Assembly (NCBI GenBank): GCA_965267555.1
Contig: OZ254083.1
Location: 1,627,985-1,691,984 of the forward strand
Direction of reading: 5' to 3'
Source of the DNA: Cytophagales bacterium
GTDB taxonomy: Bacteria > Bacteroidota > Bacteroidia > Cytophagales > CCMP332
DNA: 64,000 bases
In this document: one piece after another, positions 29,101-38,317 of the stretch
Numbering within the stretch: the first letter of the stretch is position 1
How the letters are laid out: the number at the start of each line of letters is the position of its first letter
The notes under the pieces: model-generated
The model's input: only the letters and a program-made list of their open reading frames with translations
What the model was told of the DNA's origin: nothing
Database searches by the model: none
Position numbers and translations under genes: made by a program

Positions 29101-32100
29101 TTGAAGATCAAAAACAGAGTTGATGACAAAAACACTGTCGTCTACGCCCGGAGAAGCACAAGAAGATGATGAGGCAACTGTAAATCGAATTGAATCACCA
29201 TTGGCCAAGGTACTAAGACTAATACTGTCTGAATTAACTGATTGGTCAATCCCATTAACTTCCCAGGTAAATAAAGGTGAAATTCCTTGTCCAGATACAT
29301 AAGCTTTGAATCCCAATGCAGTGCCGCTGCATACCGGGTTGGTATCGTAAACAATAGAATCAAGTTGTGTTACAACAGAAGCCACAGAATTTGCACTCAG
29401 TGTATCAAATGCCGTAGCTGTGGCACAAATTTCTGATGAAATCAATTCTACTACCACTTGATCCCCATTGATAAATGTATTTCCTTCAATAAAGTCAAGA
29501 TTCGTGCCCTGAAGAACGCCGTTTACAAACCAATTATAAGATGGTGTAAGCCCTCCTGATGTTGGAGTGGCGTTGAATCTCACAGAATCCCCATTGCAAA
29601 AACTTGATGGTAACTGGCTCAGGCTAACCGAAGGCGTAATATTTCCGGTCAAACTGACAATGAGACTTGAATTTGCCGTAGAAGGAATAGCACAAGAAGA
29701 ACTGGAAGTCATTAATACATCAACTGTATCGCCATTATTGAATGATGAACTGCTTAATACATTACCCGTTGCCGCCTGGGCAATACCATTGACAGTCCAG
29801 GAAAATGCCGGGCTTAATCCACCTCCGCTTTGACTGGCGATAATATCAATATTACTTCCGCTACAGGCACTTGATGGATTTTGTACGAGTGAAACGTTGG
29901 GGCTAACAGTAGTTACTACTGAAGCATTTAAATTTGAATTGGCCGTTCCTGTAGCACAAGAAGCAGAGGAGGTCAGCAATACTTCTATAAGATCATTATC
30001 ATTAATAGTAGTTGAAGTTAAGGAAGGTCCTGTTTCGCCAACCTGAACAATTGTGTTAATGCTCCACTGGAATGTGGGAGAAGACCCTTCTCCTGATGAT
30101 ACGGTAGAAAAAATAACCGTATCGCCACTACAAACAGGATTTGGTGTTTGAACAATTGATACAGTCGGATTAACATTGCTGGTAATACTCGCAGCTAAAT
30201 TGGCACTGACTGGCCCACTAGAGCAGACTTCGCTTGAAGTCAAGCTTACTTCAACCAAATCCCCGTTGCTCAAGGTGGTGCTAAAAAATGTACTTCCGGT
30301 AAATCCGGCTTGTGGACTTCCATTTACGGTCCATGCAAATACCGGCGTAGTGCCACCACCGCTAAAACTTGCGGTAAATGAAGCCGTGTCGCCAACACAA
30401 GAAGGCGAAGGACTTTGTATTAAACTCACCGTTGGATTTACCGTTGGATTGATATTCGCATTGATATTCGCAGCAGCCGGCCCCGTATTGCATTTTTCAG
30501 AAGAACTCATTTGGACCGAAACCAGGTCTCCGTTATTCACAGAATTTGAAATTAAAGAATCGCCTGTAATTCCTACCTGTGGACTCCCGTTTATAGTCCA
30601 TGAATAGACAGGGCTGCTACCTCCATTTGTCGGGCTGGCAATAAATACAGTAGTATCACCAAAACATACCGGTGAAGGCGATTGACTAAGGCTGACACTT
30701 GTAGTCAAATTATTGAGGATTAGAGGAGTTAAACTGTCTCCTGCAATTCCCGTGGCGCAAGGTTCTGAGGAAGTCATTAAAACTTTTACTTGATCTCCGG
30801 GATTTAAGCTGTTGCTAAAAAATGTTGAAGAGGTAAATCCGCCCTGGTTTATATTATTTACAAACCATTGAAAGGTCGGACTTATTCCTGAACCTGTCAC
30901 AGTGGTTGTAAAAAATGTGGTATCTCCCAAACAAGTAGTATCCGGATTAAATGCAATGCTCACAGTAGGATTTATTCCTGGTACAACGGAAATACTTATA
31001 AATGCTGAATCAAAACAGCCGCTTGGTGTATCTGTACCTACAACAATATAGTCTGTGCTGGCTGCCGGACTTACGTTAATTGTGGCCGTATTCCCGATTG
31101 AAATGGCATTCCCAACTTCAAACCACAGATAAGTATCCGCACCACTGGCGCTTAGATTAGAGCTGCTTCCAATACAAATTGGGTTGGCATCTGCGCTGGC
31201 GGTTACATTCGGAAGTGCATTAACAATTATTGAAATAAATGATGTATCAAAACAACCGGTAGAAGTCTGAGTGCCAATTACAAAATAATCGGTATTGCTT
31301 GCAGGAGACACGCTTACATTTGCAGTTGTAGAAATAGCCATGGCATTTCCTACTTCAAACCATTGGTATGTGTCCGTTCCACCGGCAGTAAGTGTAGTGC
31401 TTTCGCCAAAACAAATCGGATTTGCACTGGCATTGCTATTTACCGTTGGCAAAGGATCGACATTTAATGTAAAAAATGCAGAATCTATACAACCGGTGGC
31501 CGTAATTGTACCCACAGTAATATAATCTGTACTTGCGACGGGACTGACATTAATATTTGCTCCGGAACCAATACTCGTGGCATTTCCGACCTCGAACCAT
31601 TGATAGGTATCTGCACCTGAAGCTGTGAGTGTGGTTGTTTCTCCCTGACAAATCGGATTGGCTGCGGCTATAATATTGACATTTACGGCTGGATTCACAG
31701 ACACAGTAATAAATGCAGTATCAAAACAGGAAGTCAATGTATTTGTCCCTATGACAAAGTAATCGGTATCTACAGCAGGGCTGACGGCCACCGTTGCAGA
31801 GGTGGAGATAGCGACAGCATTTCCTACTTCAAACCACTGATAGGTATCGGCACCTGAAGCGGTTAAGTTAGAGCTGTCACCCGGACATATCGGATTGACA
31901 TCTGCTGTGGCATTTACATTCGGACCAGGATTGACGGTGATGCTAATAAATGCCGAATCGGAACATCCTGTAGCGGTTTCATTTCCAATAACAAAATAAT
32001 TTGTGCTGACGGCAGGGCTTACATTTACAATAGCAGAGGAAGAAAAACTTATAGCATTGCCCACTTCAAACCACAAATAGGTATCAGCCCCTGAAGCTGT

Positions 32101-34896
32101 CAATGTACTGCTTTCACCTAAACAAATTGGGTTGCTGCTTGCAATCGCATTGACATTTGGAAGTGGATTCACATTCAATGTAATTGTGGCTGAATCTATA
32201 CAACCCGTAGCAGTCGCTGTACCAACAAGCAAATAGTCAGTTGTTGCGGCAGGCGATACAGAAATAACAGTACCGGTACCAATACTTATAGCATTACCAA
32301 CTTCAAACCATTGGTAGGTATCAGCGCCTGCAGCATTTAAATTCGTGGTATCACCAAGGCAAATAGGATTAGAATCGGCAGTAATATTAACAAGGGGGTT
32401 GGCATTAACATTTATAGTTATAAAACTGGTGTCGAAACAACCTGTTGCAGTCAAATTTCCTACAACAAAATAATCTGTGCTTACAACCGGACTTACAGCA
32501 ACATTCGCAGATGTTGAAATGGCCGTGGCATTTCCTACTTCAAACCATTGATAGGTATCTGCACCACTACCGGTTAAATTGCTTGTCTGTCCAACACAAA
32601 TTGGATTTAAATCTGCACTACTATTGACTGTAGGAAGGGGATTGACAGAAATAGTAATAAATGCGGTGTCAAAACATCCGGTGACGGTTTCGGTTCCAAC
32701 CACAAGATAATCGGTGTTCGTTGCAGGACTAACATTTACGACTGAAGAACTTGAAAATGATACGGCATTTCCTACTTCAAACCACTGATAGGTATCTGCA
32801 CCGGAAGCCGTAAGACTTGTACTTTCACCATTACAAATTGGATTAGATGATGCTGTGATTGCAACAGGTGGGCTTGGATTTACAGTTAAAGTGATAAAGG
32901 CACTATCAATACATCCACTAATAGTAGCGGTTCCGACTGCTATATAATCTGTGTTGACAAGTGGAGAAACACTGATGACGGAACTTGTTCCAATAGCTGT
33001 TGCATTGCCTACTTCAAACCATTCGTATGTATCTGCTCCTGAAGCAGTTAAATTGGTGCTTTCACCTTGGCAAATGGGATTTGATCCCGCTGTAATATTT
33101 ACAGTTACTGCTGCATTTACATTTACAGTAATGAAAGCAGTATCAAAACAAGAAGTTGTTGTATTGGTGCCTATTACAATATAATCCGTGCTCACTGCCG
33201 GGCTTACTGCTACACTTGGAGAAGTAGAAATAGCAACAGCATTTCCAACTTCGAACCACTGATATGTATCTGCTCCTGATCCAGTTAAAGTGCTGGTTCC
33301 ACCGGGACAAATGGGGTTAATATCTGCACTCGCGCCTACGGTAGGCAAGGGATTTACAGTTAAAGTTATAATCGTTGAATCAAAGCAACCAGTCGCTGTT
33401 GTAGTCCCAATAACAAGATAATCGGTACTCGCAGCCGGAGAAACATTAATCGCTGCTGATGTAGAAATGGCGACGGCATTCCCCACTTCAAACCATTGAT
33501 AAGTATCAGCACCGGAGGCCGTTAAGGTAGCACTATTTCCAAAGCAAATAGGATTGGAGGAAGCTGAAATATTGACTGTAGGAGGGGGATTGACAAAAAC
33601 GGTAACCGTATCAAAATCTGCACAACCCGCTGCATTTTCACCTCTTACGGTGTATTGAGTCGTCACAATTGGTGAAATTGAAAATACATTACTTGTAGAA
33701 AGAACAGCGGGGTTGCCCACTTCAAACCACTGGTAGGAGCTCGCACCGGCAGCAGTAAATACGGCCGTATCTATCGATTCACAAATTGTTTCAGAGGCTT
33801 TGTCTACGGTTAGCACCACTGGCGTTAAGACATTGATTGAAATATTATCAGAATTTGTGCATCCATTCGGGTCGGTATAATTGTAATTAATTATATAAGT
33901 ACCTGTTCCTACTATTGAAGGATCAAATGTATTGCCTACAACACCGGGTCCGCTGAAAGTTCCACCCGCGGGATTTCCGGTTAAAGAAACAGGCGGACTA
34001 TTTGGACATTGATCGGGGACTGGGTCGACTGTAACTACAACATCCTGAACCACTATGGTTTGATTTACAACACTTGTACAGGTAAGATTGGTATCATTAT
34101 CTACTGTAAGGCTCACATTATATGATCCATTGGCCGTATATGCATAGTTCGGATTAGCAAGCGTCGAAGTCCCTGATCCGTCACCAAAGTCCCAATTGTA
34201 GAGATAGGGAGGATCACCTCCACTGGTAATATCGGTAAAATTGAGCACCTGGGCGACACAAGCCGTGTCATCGGAAACCGTAAAATTGGCGTTTAAACTA
34301 GAAAAATCCACTGCACCAGGTAAACCGGAGTCGTTAAAACTCAATTCAATAAATATATCAAAGCCTGCGATAAAACCTGTTCCAAGATCTATAACAAGGG
34401 CATAGGTTCTTCCTGCTGTAAGGTTAATCGGTGCTATAAAGCGCGCATTGGGCGGAATGTTACGAATACCGGTTGGCCCTGTATTTCCACCATTATCCAA
34501 GCAAGCCACTTGAGTGGAAGGTCCTATATTACAACCTCCCGTTACATCGTATATGGCCCAATTGTTAGCAAAGCTGAGGGCAAGTGGGGCACCTCCGAAA
34601 AAAACATTGTCATCAATGGTCATTTCAAAAGGTCCCGTATTGGCCACTGTAAACTTGTACCAAAAAGGCCTATTTTCTCCAGAAGCCCAGCAAACTGAGT
34701 CGCCTCCGGCCAGATCATCAAAACCTACACCGGTAAAAGGAGCCTGAATTGTATCATTTCTGTTATTGGTATTACATAGTCTTAATGCCGTCGAACAATC
34801 CAGAGAAGGATAACCCTGGCCAAAAAGGGAACCCTGAATGACAAGGAGAAGCGTTGACAAGATAGTAATATGCTTAATAGTACGTTTATATGTCAT
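26179..34896 (-). CDS. Giant (~2,900 aa) T9SS type-B surface protein with PKD, Ig-like repeats and SprB-like repeats
   Basis: Signal peptide, PKD (YNWDFGDGS), 12 + 7 Ig-like units, about 11 SprB-like units, CTD IPNIFTPNQDGYND...YQNDWDG...GTYFY...KGFIEIFR; likely ATG at 34896 (GTG at 34902 possible). Confidence 0.9.
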   Translation of the reverse strand: MTYKRTIKHITILSTLLLVIQGSLFGQGYPSLDCSTALRLCNTNNRNDTIQAPFTGVGFDDLAGGDSVCWASGENRPFWYKFTVANTGPFEMTIDDNVFFGGAPLALSFANNWAIYDVTGGCNIGPSTQVACLDNGGNTGPTGIRNIPPNARFIAPINLTAGRTYALVIDLGTGFIAGFDIFIELSFNDSGLPGAVDFSSLNANFTVSDDTACVAQVLNFTDITSGGDPPYLYNWDFGDGSGTSTLANPNYAYTANGSYNVSLTVDNDTNLTCTSVVNQTIVVQDVVVTVDPVPDQCPNSPPVSLTGNPAGGTFSGPGVVGNTFDPSIVGTGTYIINYNYTDPNGCTNSDNISINVLTPVVLTVDKASETICESIDTAVFTAAGASSYQWFEVGNPAVLSTSNVFSISPIVTTQYTVRGENAAGCADFDTVTVFVNPPPTVNISASSNPICFGNSATLTASGADTYQWFEVGNAVAISTSAAINVSPAASTDYLVIGTTTATGCFDSTIITLTVNPLPTVGASADINPICPGGTSTLTGSGADTYQWFEVGNAVAISTSPSVAVSPAVSTDYIVIGTNTTTSCFDTAFITVNVNAAVTVNITAGSNPICQGESTNLTASGADTYEWFEVGNATAIGTSSVISVSPLVNTDYIAVGTATISGCIDSAFITLTVNPSPPVAITASSNPICNGESTSLTASGADTYQWFEVGNAVSFSSSSVVNVSPATNTDYLVVGTETVTGCFDTAFITISVNPLPTVNSSADLNPICVGQTSNLTGSGADTYQWFEVGNATAISTSANVAVSPVVSTDYFVVGNLTATGCFDTSFITINVNANPLVNITADSNPICLGDTTNLNAAGADTYQWFEVGNAISIGTGTVISVSPAATTDYLLVGTATATGCIDSATITLNVNPLPNVNAIASSNPICLGESSTLTASGADTYLWFEVGNAISFSSSAIVNVSPAVSTNYFVIGNETATGCSDSAFISITVNPGPNVNATADVNPICPGDSSNLTASGADTYQWFEVGNAVAISTSATVAVSPAVDTDYFVIGTNTLTSCFDTAFITVSVNPAVNVNIIAAANPICQGETTTLTASGADTYQWFEVGNATSIGSGANINVSPVASTDYITVGTITATGCIDSAFFTLNVDPLPTVNSNASANPICFGESTTLTAGGTDTYQWFEVGNAMAISTTANVSVSPASNTDYFVIGTQTSTGCFDTSFISIIVNALPNVTASADANPICIGSSSNLSASGADTYLWFEVGNAISIGNTATINVSPAASTDYIVVGTDTPSGCFDSAFISISVVPGINPTVSIAFNPDTTCLGDTTFFTTTVTGSGISPTFQWFVNNINQGGFTSSTFFSNSLNPGDQVKVLMTSSEPCATGIAGDSLTPLILNNLTTSVSLSQSPSPVCFGDTTVFIASPTNGGSSPVYSWTINGSPQVGITGDSLISNSVNNGDLVSVQMSSSEKCNTGPAAANINANINPTVNPTVSLIQSPSPSCVGDTASFTASFSGGGTTPVFAWTVNGSPQAGFTGSTFFSTTLSNGDLVEVSLTSSEVCSSGPVSANLAASITSNVNPTVSIVQTPNPVCSGDTVIFSTVSSGEGSSPTFQWSINTIVQVGETGPSLTSTTINDNDLIEVLLTSSASCATGTANSNLNASVVTTVSPNVSLVQNPSSACSGSNIDIIASQSGGGLSPAFSWTVNGIAQAATGNVLSSSSFNNGDTVDVLMTSSSSCAIPSTANSSLIVSLTGNITPSVSLSQLPSSFCNGDSVRFNATPTSGGLTPSYNWFVNGVLQGTNLDFIEGNTFINGDQVVVELISSEICATATAFDTLSANSVASVVTQLDSIVYDTNPVCSGTALGFKAYVSGQGISPLFTWEVNGIDQSVNSDSISLSTLANGDSIRFTVASSSSCASPGVDDSVFVINSVFDLQPIISVIQPSACGSGNGIITVDSVNQGSGSYQYLINSIDSSTNTFSGLGSGAYLITINDLISSCSFDTTININVAGAISASVSTTPTLCSGLNNGQAQFLSLSGGSGFYEFSIDTGATWQNSNVFNSLAPGNYLGIVRDSLDPTCTFQLNFFIGSSFNVSAIIQIDKETSCGANDAQINILSVSGGTSPYQFILLDSIGDTLEPVQPITSSVDSLSPGNYSLIILDANGCELTINVTINGLIAPSATPIEVQAVSCFGGNDGALALSNSQGGSGAYLYSIDGGTFQPDTLFNNLLAGNHILSIQDVNTLCTSNYNFVQSQPDSMQLFTTITPPTNCSSNNGIINIDSVLGGNGSPYTFELNGNTVSSPITGLDDGFYTLIVSDNSSCTDTNAINITVSGSGTPNVSIQNIDCFGDTSGVLIVDTVIGGTAPFQFSLDNVIFDTTRTFTGLGSGNGVLFMEDASGCLTTLPYFISENPEITANVTTADISDCNLTDGSISISNISGGQPNYVVQINGNSQANIPPAITVFNNLDNGVYTIQILDQLNCIAEFTDTIFAPNNIVIGNIITTNPICYGANSGSVELTGISGGVTPYSFALNGNAVPSNPIGGLFADSTYTITVIDNDNCDVSVDVSLTQPDSLSFDLNITGNADCGENTGSVLVLNPIGGDGNYVYEIIGITGQQSSTLFDSLGAGNYNLLMSDGNNCQQVRSFQITGTALLNYSVSANSITCNGSDDAAISISGLQNGFAPFAISFDNGNQFLSETFRSDTTFNQISEGLYDIVIRDSLNCFYNFASTIEITEPDAIVAEIENITMSIEDSATGRVAIYDVLGGTEPYTLSFDGDSAFNLTLNPNTQAFDTVLEKIAEGLHTIRINDSRNCTEFFEVYVEVYEFANSFTIPNIFTPNQDGYNDYFVIPKLPSGSKLKIFEKSGRPVFSSDDYQNDWDGEGYADGTYFYTLEIPNQGMFKGFIEIFR
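26450..29100 (-). repeat. About 11 SprB-like ~80-aa repeats
   Basis: Recurring xC.G.NDG.I.....GG..PY.Y.......F..L..G.Y...I.D...C pattern; boundaries approximate. Confidence 0.75.
29100..30975 (-). repeat. 7 degenerate ~89-aa Ig-like repeats
   Basis: Recurring C.GD...F...GG..P.F.W.VNG...NGD.V.V.MTSS..C pattern; boundaries approximate. Confidence 0.8.
30980..33822 (-). repeat. 12 tandem 237-bp (79-aa) coding repeats
   Basis: The WFEVGN motif recurs at 33721, 33487, 33250, 33013, 32776, 32539, 32302, 32065, 31828, 31591, 31354, 31117 (first interval 234 bp, the rest 237 bp). Confidence 0.95.
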
Positions 34897-35099
34897 ATTC
34901 ACCGCACGAGCTTACGTTAAATTACAGTATTCACAATAATAATCCTATTAACAAGTGTACGCAGTTCAAATTAAAATGATGGGTACGTTTGTAATATTTT
35001 CCCAAAAAAGTACAATTTTTTTTAAGGAAAGGCATGATTGTGATATTTTTTACGTTTAAATGGATATTTATTTCAGTTCAGATATTCATCCTTTATTTA

Positions 35100-35107
35100 T
35101 ACTTTTG
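35100..35107 (+). promoter_or_regulatory. Bacteroidota -7 promoter motif TACTTTTG upstream of acnA
   Basis: Exact TAnnTTTG match 30 bp before the ATG. Confidence 0.6.
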
Positions 35108-35137
35108 CCTTCTTCAAAGTAAAAAACCTGAATCCGT

Positions 35138-37402
35138 ATGGCATTCGACATAGAAATGATCAAAAAGGTTTATCAAAACCTTACTGAAAAAGTAGAGAAA
35201 AGCAGAAACTTATTAAATAGGCCTCTTACACTTACCGAGAAAATTTTATACAGTCATTTGGCAGACCCTCTGCCCGAAAAAGAATTCGTAAGGGCCAAAT
35301 CCTATGTTGACTTTATGCCGGACAGGGTTGCCATGCAGGATGCCACCGCACAAATGGCCCTGCTTCAGTTTATGCAAGCAGGCAAAAAACAGGTTGCTGT
35401 GCCTTCGACTGTACATTGTGATCATTTGATTTTAGCAAAAGAAGGAGCAAAGGAAGATCTTAAAAACTCCATCAATACCAGTGGTGAAGTATTTAGTTTT
35501 TTAGAATCCGTATCCAATAAATACGGTATTGGTTTCTGGAAACCAGGAGCCGGTATTATTCATCAAGTAGTTCTTGAAAACTATGCTTTCCCCGGAGGTA
35601 TGATGATCGGAACGGACTCTCATACGGTAAATGCCGGAGGATTGGGAATGGTAGCCGTCGGAGTAGGGGGTGCAGATGCTGTTGATGTAATGGCCGGAAT
35701 GCCCTGGGAGCTTAAATTTCCAAAACTTATCGGTGTAAAATTAACGGGCAAACTAAGCGGTTGGACAGCCTCAAAAGATGTTATTTTAAAGGTTGCGGGT
35801 ATTTTGACAGTAAAAGGAGGAACCGGAGCAATTGTTGAATACTTTGGCCCGGGGGCCGAATCCTTGTCTTGTACAGGTAAAGGGACAATATGTAATATGG
35901 GGGCTGAGATTGGTGCCACCACTTCAACCTTTGGCTATGATGCTAAAATGGAGGAATATCTTAGAGGTACGGATCGGGCCGATGTTGCCGAATTAGCCAA
36001 TGGAGTTAAAGAACATTTGACAGGAGACCCTGAAGTTTATGCCAATCCTGAGAAATACTTTGATCAGGTGATTGAAATAGACCTTTCCACGCTGGAACCC
36101 CATATCAACGGTCCATTTACACCGGATAGGGCAATTCCTATTTCAAAATTCGCAGAAGAAGTAAAAAAGAACAACTGGCCGGCTGAATTGGAGGTTGGGC
36201 TGATAGGCTCTTGTACCAATTCCTCTTATGAGGATATTACCCGATCGGCTTCCATAGCAAAACAGGCCTCAGAGAAAAACCTAAAAGCCAAGGCAGAATT
36301 TACTGTAACACCCGGTTCCGAAATGGTGAGGTTTACCGTAGACAGAGATGGCTATCTCGATGTTTTTAAAGATATCGGTGGTGTTGTGCTTGCTAATGCA
36401 TGCGGGCCTTGTATCGGGCAATGGGCGAGACATACCAATGATCCAAAACGGAAAAATAGTATTGTAACTTCATTCAATCGGAATTTCGCTAAAAGAAATG
36501 ATGGGAACCCAAACACCCATGCCTTTGTGGCATCACCTGAATTGACGACAGCACTGGCAATAGCAGGCGACCTTAGGTTTAATCCGGTAAGTGATTATTT
36601 GACAAATGAAAATGGTGAGCAGGTAAAGCTGGATGAACCGATGGGAATAGAATTTCCACCTTCTGGTTTTGCCGTGGAAGACTCAGGGTATCAGGCTCCT
36701 GCTGAAGATGGAAGTCAAGTTGAAATTAACGTATCACCCGATTCCAAACGATTGCAATTACTAAAACCATTTGAACCTTGGAATGGTGATAATTTCAATG
36801 AAATGCGATTGCTTATTAAAGCGAAAGGGAAATGTACCACTGATCATATTTCCATGGCGGGTCCCTGGTTGAGGTTTAGAGGGCATTTAGATAATATTTC
36901 GGACAATACACTAACCGGAGCAATTAATTATTTTAATGATGAGGCCGACAAAGTCAAAAATCAATTGACTGGTGAATACGGCGCTGTTCCGGCAACTCAA
37001 AGAGCTTATAAAGCCGAGGGTATTCCAACGGTAGTGGTCGGTGATCATAATTATGGTGAAGGAAGTTCAAGAGAGCATGCTGCTATGCAGCCACGATTTT
37101 TAGGAGTGAGAATTGTATTGGTCAAATCATTTGCAAGAATCCATGAAACGAACCTCAAAAAGCAGGGAATGCTGGGTCTGACTTTTGCAGATGAAAATGA
37201 TTATGATAAAGTTCAGGAAGATGACATTATAGAAACTGTAGACCTGGATCAGTTTGCGCCTGACAAGCAGATTACATTGCGATTAAAACATGCAGATGGT
37301 TCTGAGGATTTGATCAAAACCAATCACACCTATAATGAAAACCAGATAAAGTGGTTTAGAGCTGGCTCTGCTCTTAATTTGATAAAAGAGCTTGAGAAGT
37401 AA
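35138..37402 (+). CDS. acnA: Aconitate hydratase (mitochondrial type)
   Basis: [59 protein letters not shown]. Confidence 0.97.
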   Translation: MAFDIEMIKKVYQNLTEKVEKSRNLLNRPLTLTEKILYSHLADPLPEKEFVRAKSYVDFMPDRVAMQDATAQMALLQFMQAGKKQVAVPSTVHCDHLILAKEGAKEDLKNSINTSGEVFSFLESVSNKYGIGFWKPGAGIIHQVVLENYAFPGGMMIGTDSHTVNAGGLGMVAVGVGGADAVDVMAGMPWELKFPKLIGVKLTGKLSGWTASKDVILKVAGILTVKGGTGAIVEYFGPGAESLSCTGKGTICNMGAEIGATTSTFGYDAKMEEYLRGTDRADVAELANGVKEHLTGDPEVYANPEKYFDQVIEIDLSTLEPHINGPFTPDRAIPISKFAEEVKKNNWPAELEVGLIGSCTNSSYEDITRSASIAKQASEKNLKAKAEFTVTPGSEMVRFTVDRDGYLDVFKDIGGVVLANACGPCIGQWARHTNDPKRKNSIVTSFNRNFAKRNDGNPNTHAFVASPELTTALAIAGDLRFNPVSDYLTNENGEQVKLDEPMGIEFPPSGFAVEDSGYQAPAEDGSQVEINVSPDSKRLQLLKPFEPWNGDNFNEMRLLIKAKGKCTTDHISMAGPWLRFRGHLDNISDNTLTGAINYFNDEADKVKNQLTGEYGAVPATQRAYKAEGIPTVVVGDHNYGEGSSREHAAMQPRFLGVRIVLVKSFARIHETNLKKQGMLGLTFADENDYDKVQEDDIIETVDLDQFAPDKQITLRLKHADGSEDLIKTNHTYNENQIKWFRAGSALNLIKELEK

Positions 37403-37411
37403 AATTTGGAA

Positions 37412-38317
37412 ATGAAGCGATTAGGTATTCTGGCCATTATCTCTGTAATGGCATTCTCCTGTGTGATGAATAAGAAAGTTATTTATTTGCAGGACGACGA
37501 CTATTACGGCAAAAACTTACCTTACAATCAGTGGGTCAATGAATATGAATCCAAGTACGAGGAATATTTGTTACAGCCCGGAGATATAATTTCCGTCCGC
37601 ATTGGTTCCTTGACACCTGCGGAATACAATTTTATCAAGGAGTACGAAAGACAATTGGGTCAGATTAGAAAACTCAATCAGTTTGAGCAGAATAATTTAA
37701 CCCAACAAAATGGTTCAGGCGCTCGTGGAGGAATGATGGGTGCAGGTGGAGGCGGAGACAATCCTTTTGATGTTGGATTGATACAATTTTTAGTTGATAA
37801 TTTTTTATCAGGATTTGAACTAGATGATGAAGGTAAACTCAATCTTCCCGAAATAGGTGAATTGATTTTATCCGGTAAATCAATAGAAGAGGCAGAATCC
37901 ATAATTCAGGACAGTCTGGAGGGATATTTTGAAACGCCCATAGTGAAGGTTGAACTCATGTCATTTCAGTTTACAATTTTTGGTGAGATTGCCAAAGAGG
38001 GCCGTTATACTTCCTATAGTTCGGAAACCAATATTTTTGATGCCATTGCTTTGGCAGAAAATCTGACTGAGTTTGCCGATAGAACCAGAATAAAATTAAT
38101 TAGGACGGAAGGCCGAAATGTAAAAACAGCCTATATAAATCTTTTGGATGAAAAACTTTTGGGATCAGAATTTTACTATTTGAGACCCGGAGATAAAATT
38201 ATTGTCCCTGCATTGAAAGCAAAAGTATGGCGGCAATATATAATTTCTGATGTAGCAAGAGCAGTGGCTACATTGAGTTCAGTAGCCACCTTAGTTGTTT
38301 TACTAACCACATTATAA
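37412..38317 (+). CDS. wza: Polysaccharide export lipoprotein (Wza-like)
   Basis: Lipobox AFSC, YLLQPGDII, GKLNLPEIG, FGEIAKEG, YYLRPGDKIIVP; ATG at 37412. Confidence 0.85.
   Translation: MKRLGILAIISVMAFSCVMNKKVIYLQDDDYYGKNLPYNQWVNEYESKYEEYLLQPGDIISVRIGSLTPAEYNFIKEYERQLGQIRKLNQFEQNNLTQQNGSGARGGMMGAGGGGDNPFDVGLIQFLVDNFLSGFELDDEGKLNLPEIGELILSGKSIEEAESIIQDSLEGYFETPIVKVELMSFQFTIFGEIAKEGRYTSYSSETNIFDAIALAENLTEFADRTRIKLIRTEGRNVKTAYINLLDEKLLGSEFYYLRPGDKIIVPALKAKVWRQYIISDVARAVATLSSVATLVVLLTTL

Noticed and set aside
30980-33822. Regularly spaced repeats as a CRISPR array or DGR template/variable repeats
   Set aside because: The 237-bp period is in frame inside one ORF with synonymous variation; there are no unique spacers, cas genes or reverse transcriptase
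35138-37402. Mitochondrial-type aconitase as a eukaryote-derived gene
   Set aside because: This aconitase type is normal in Bacteroidota
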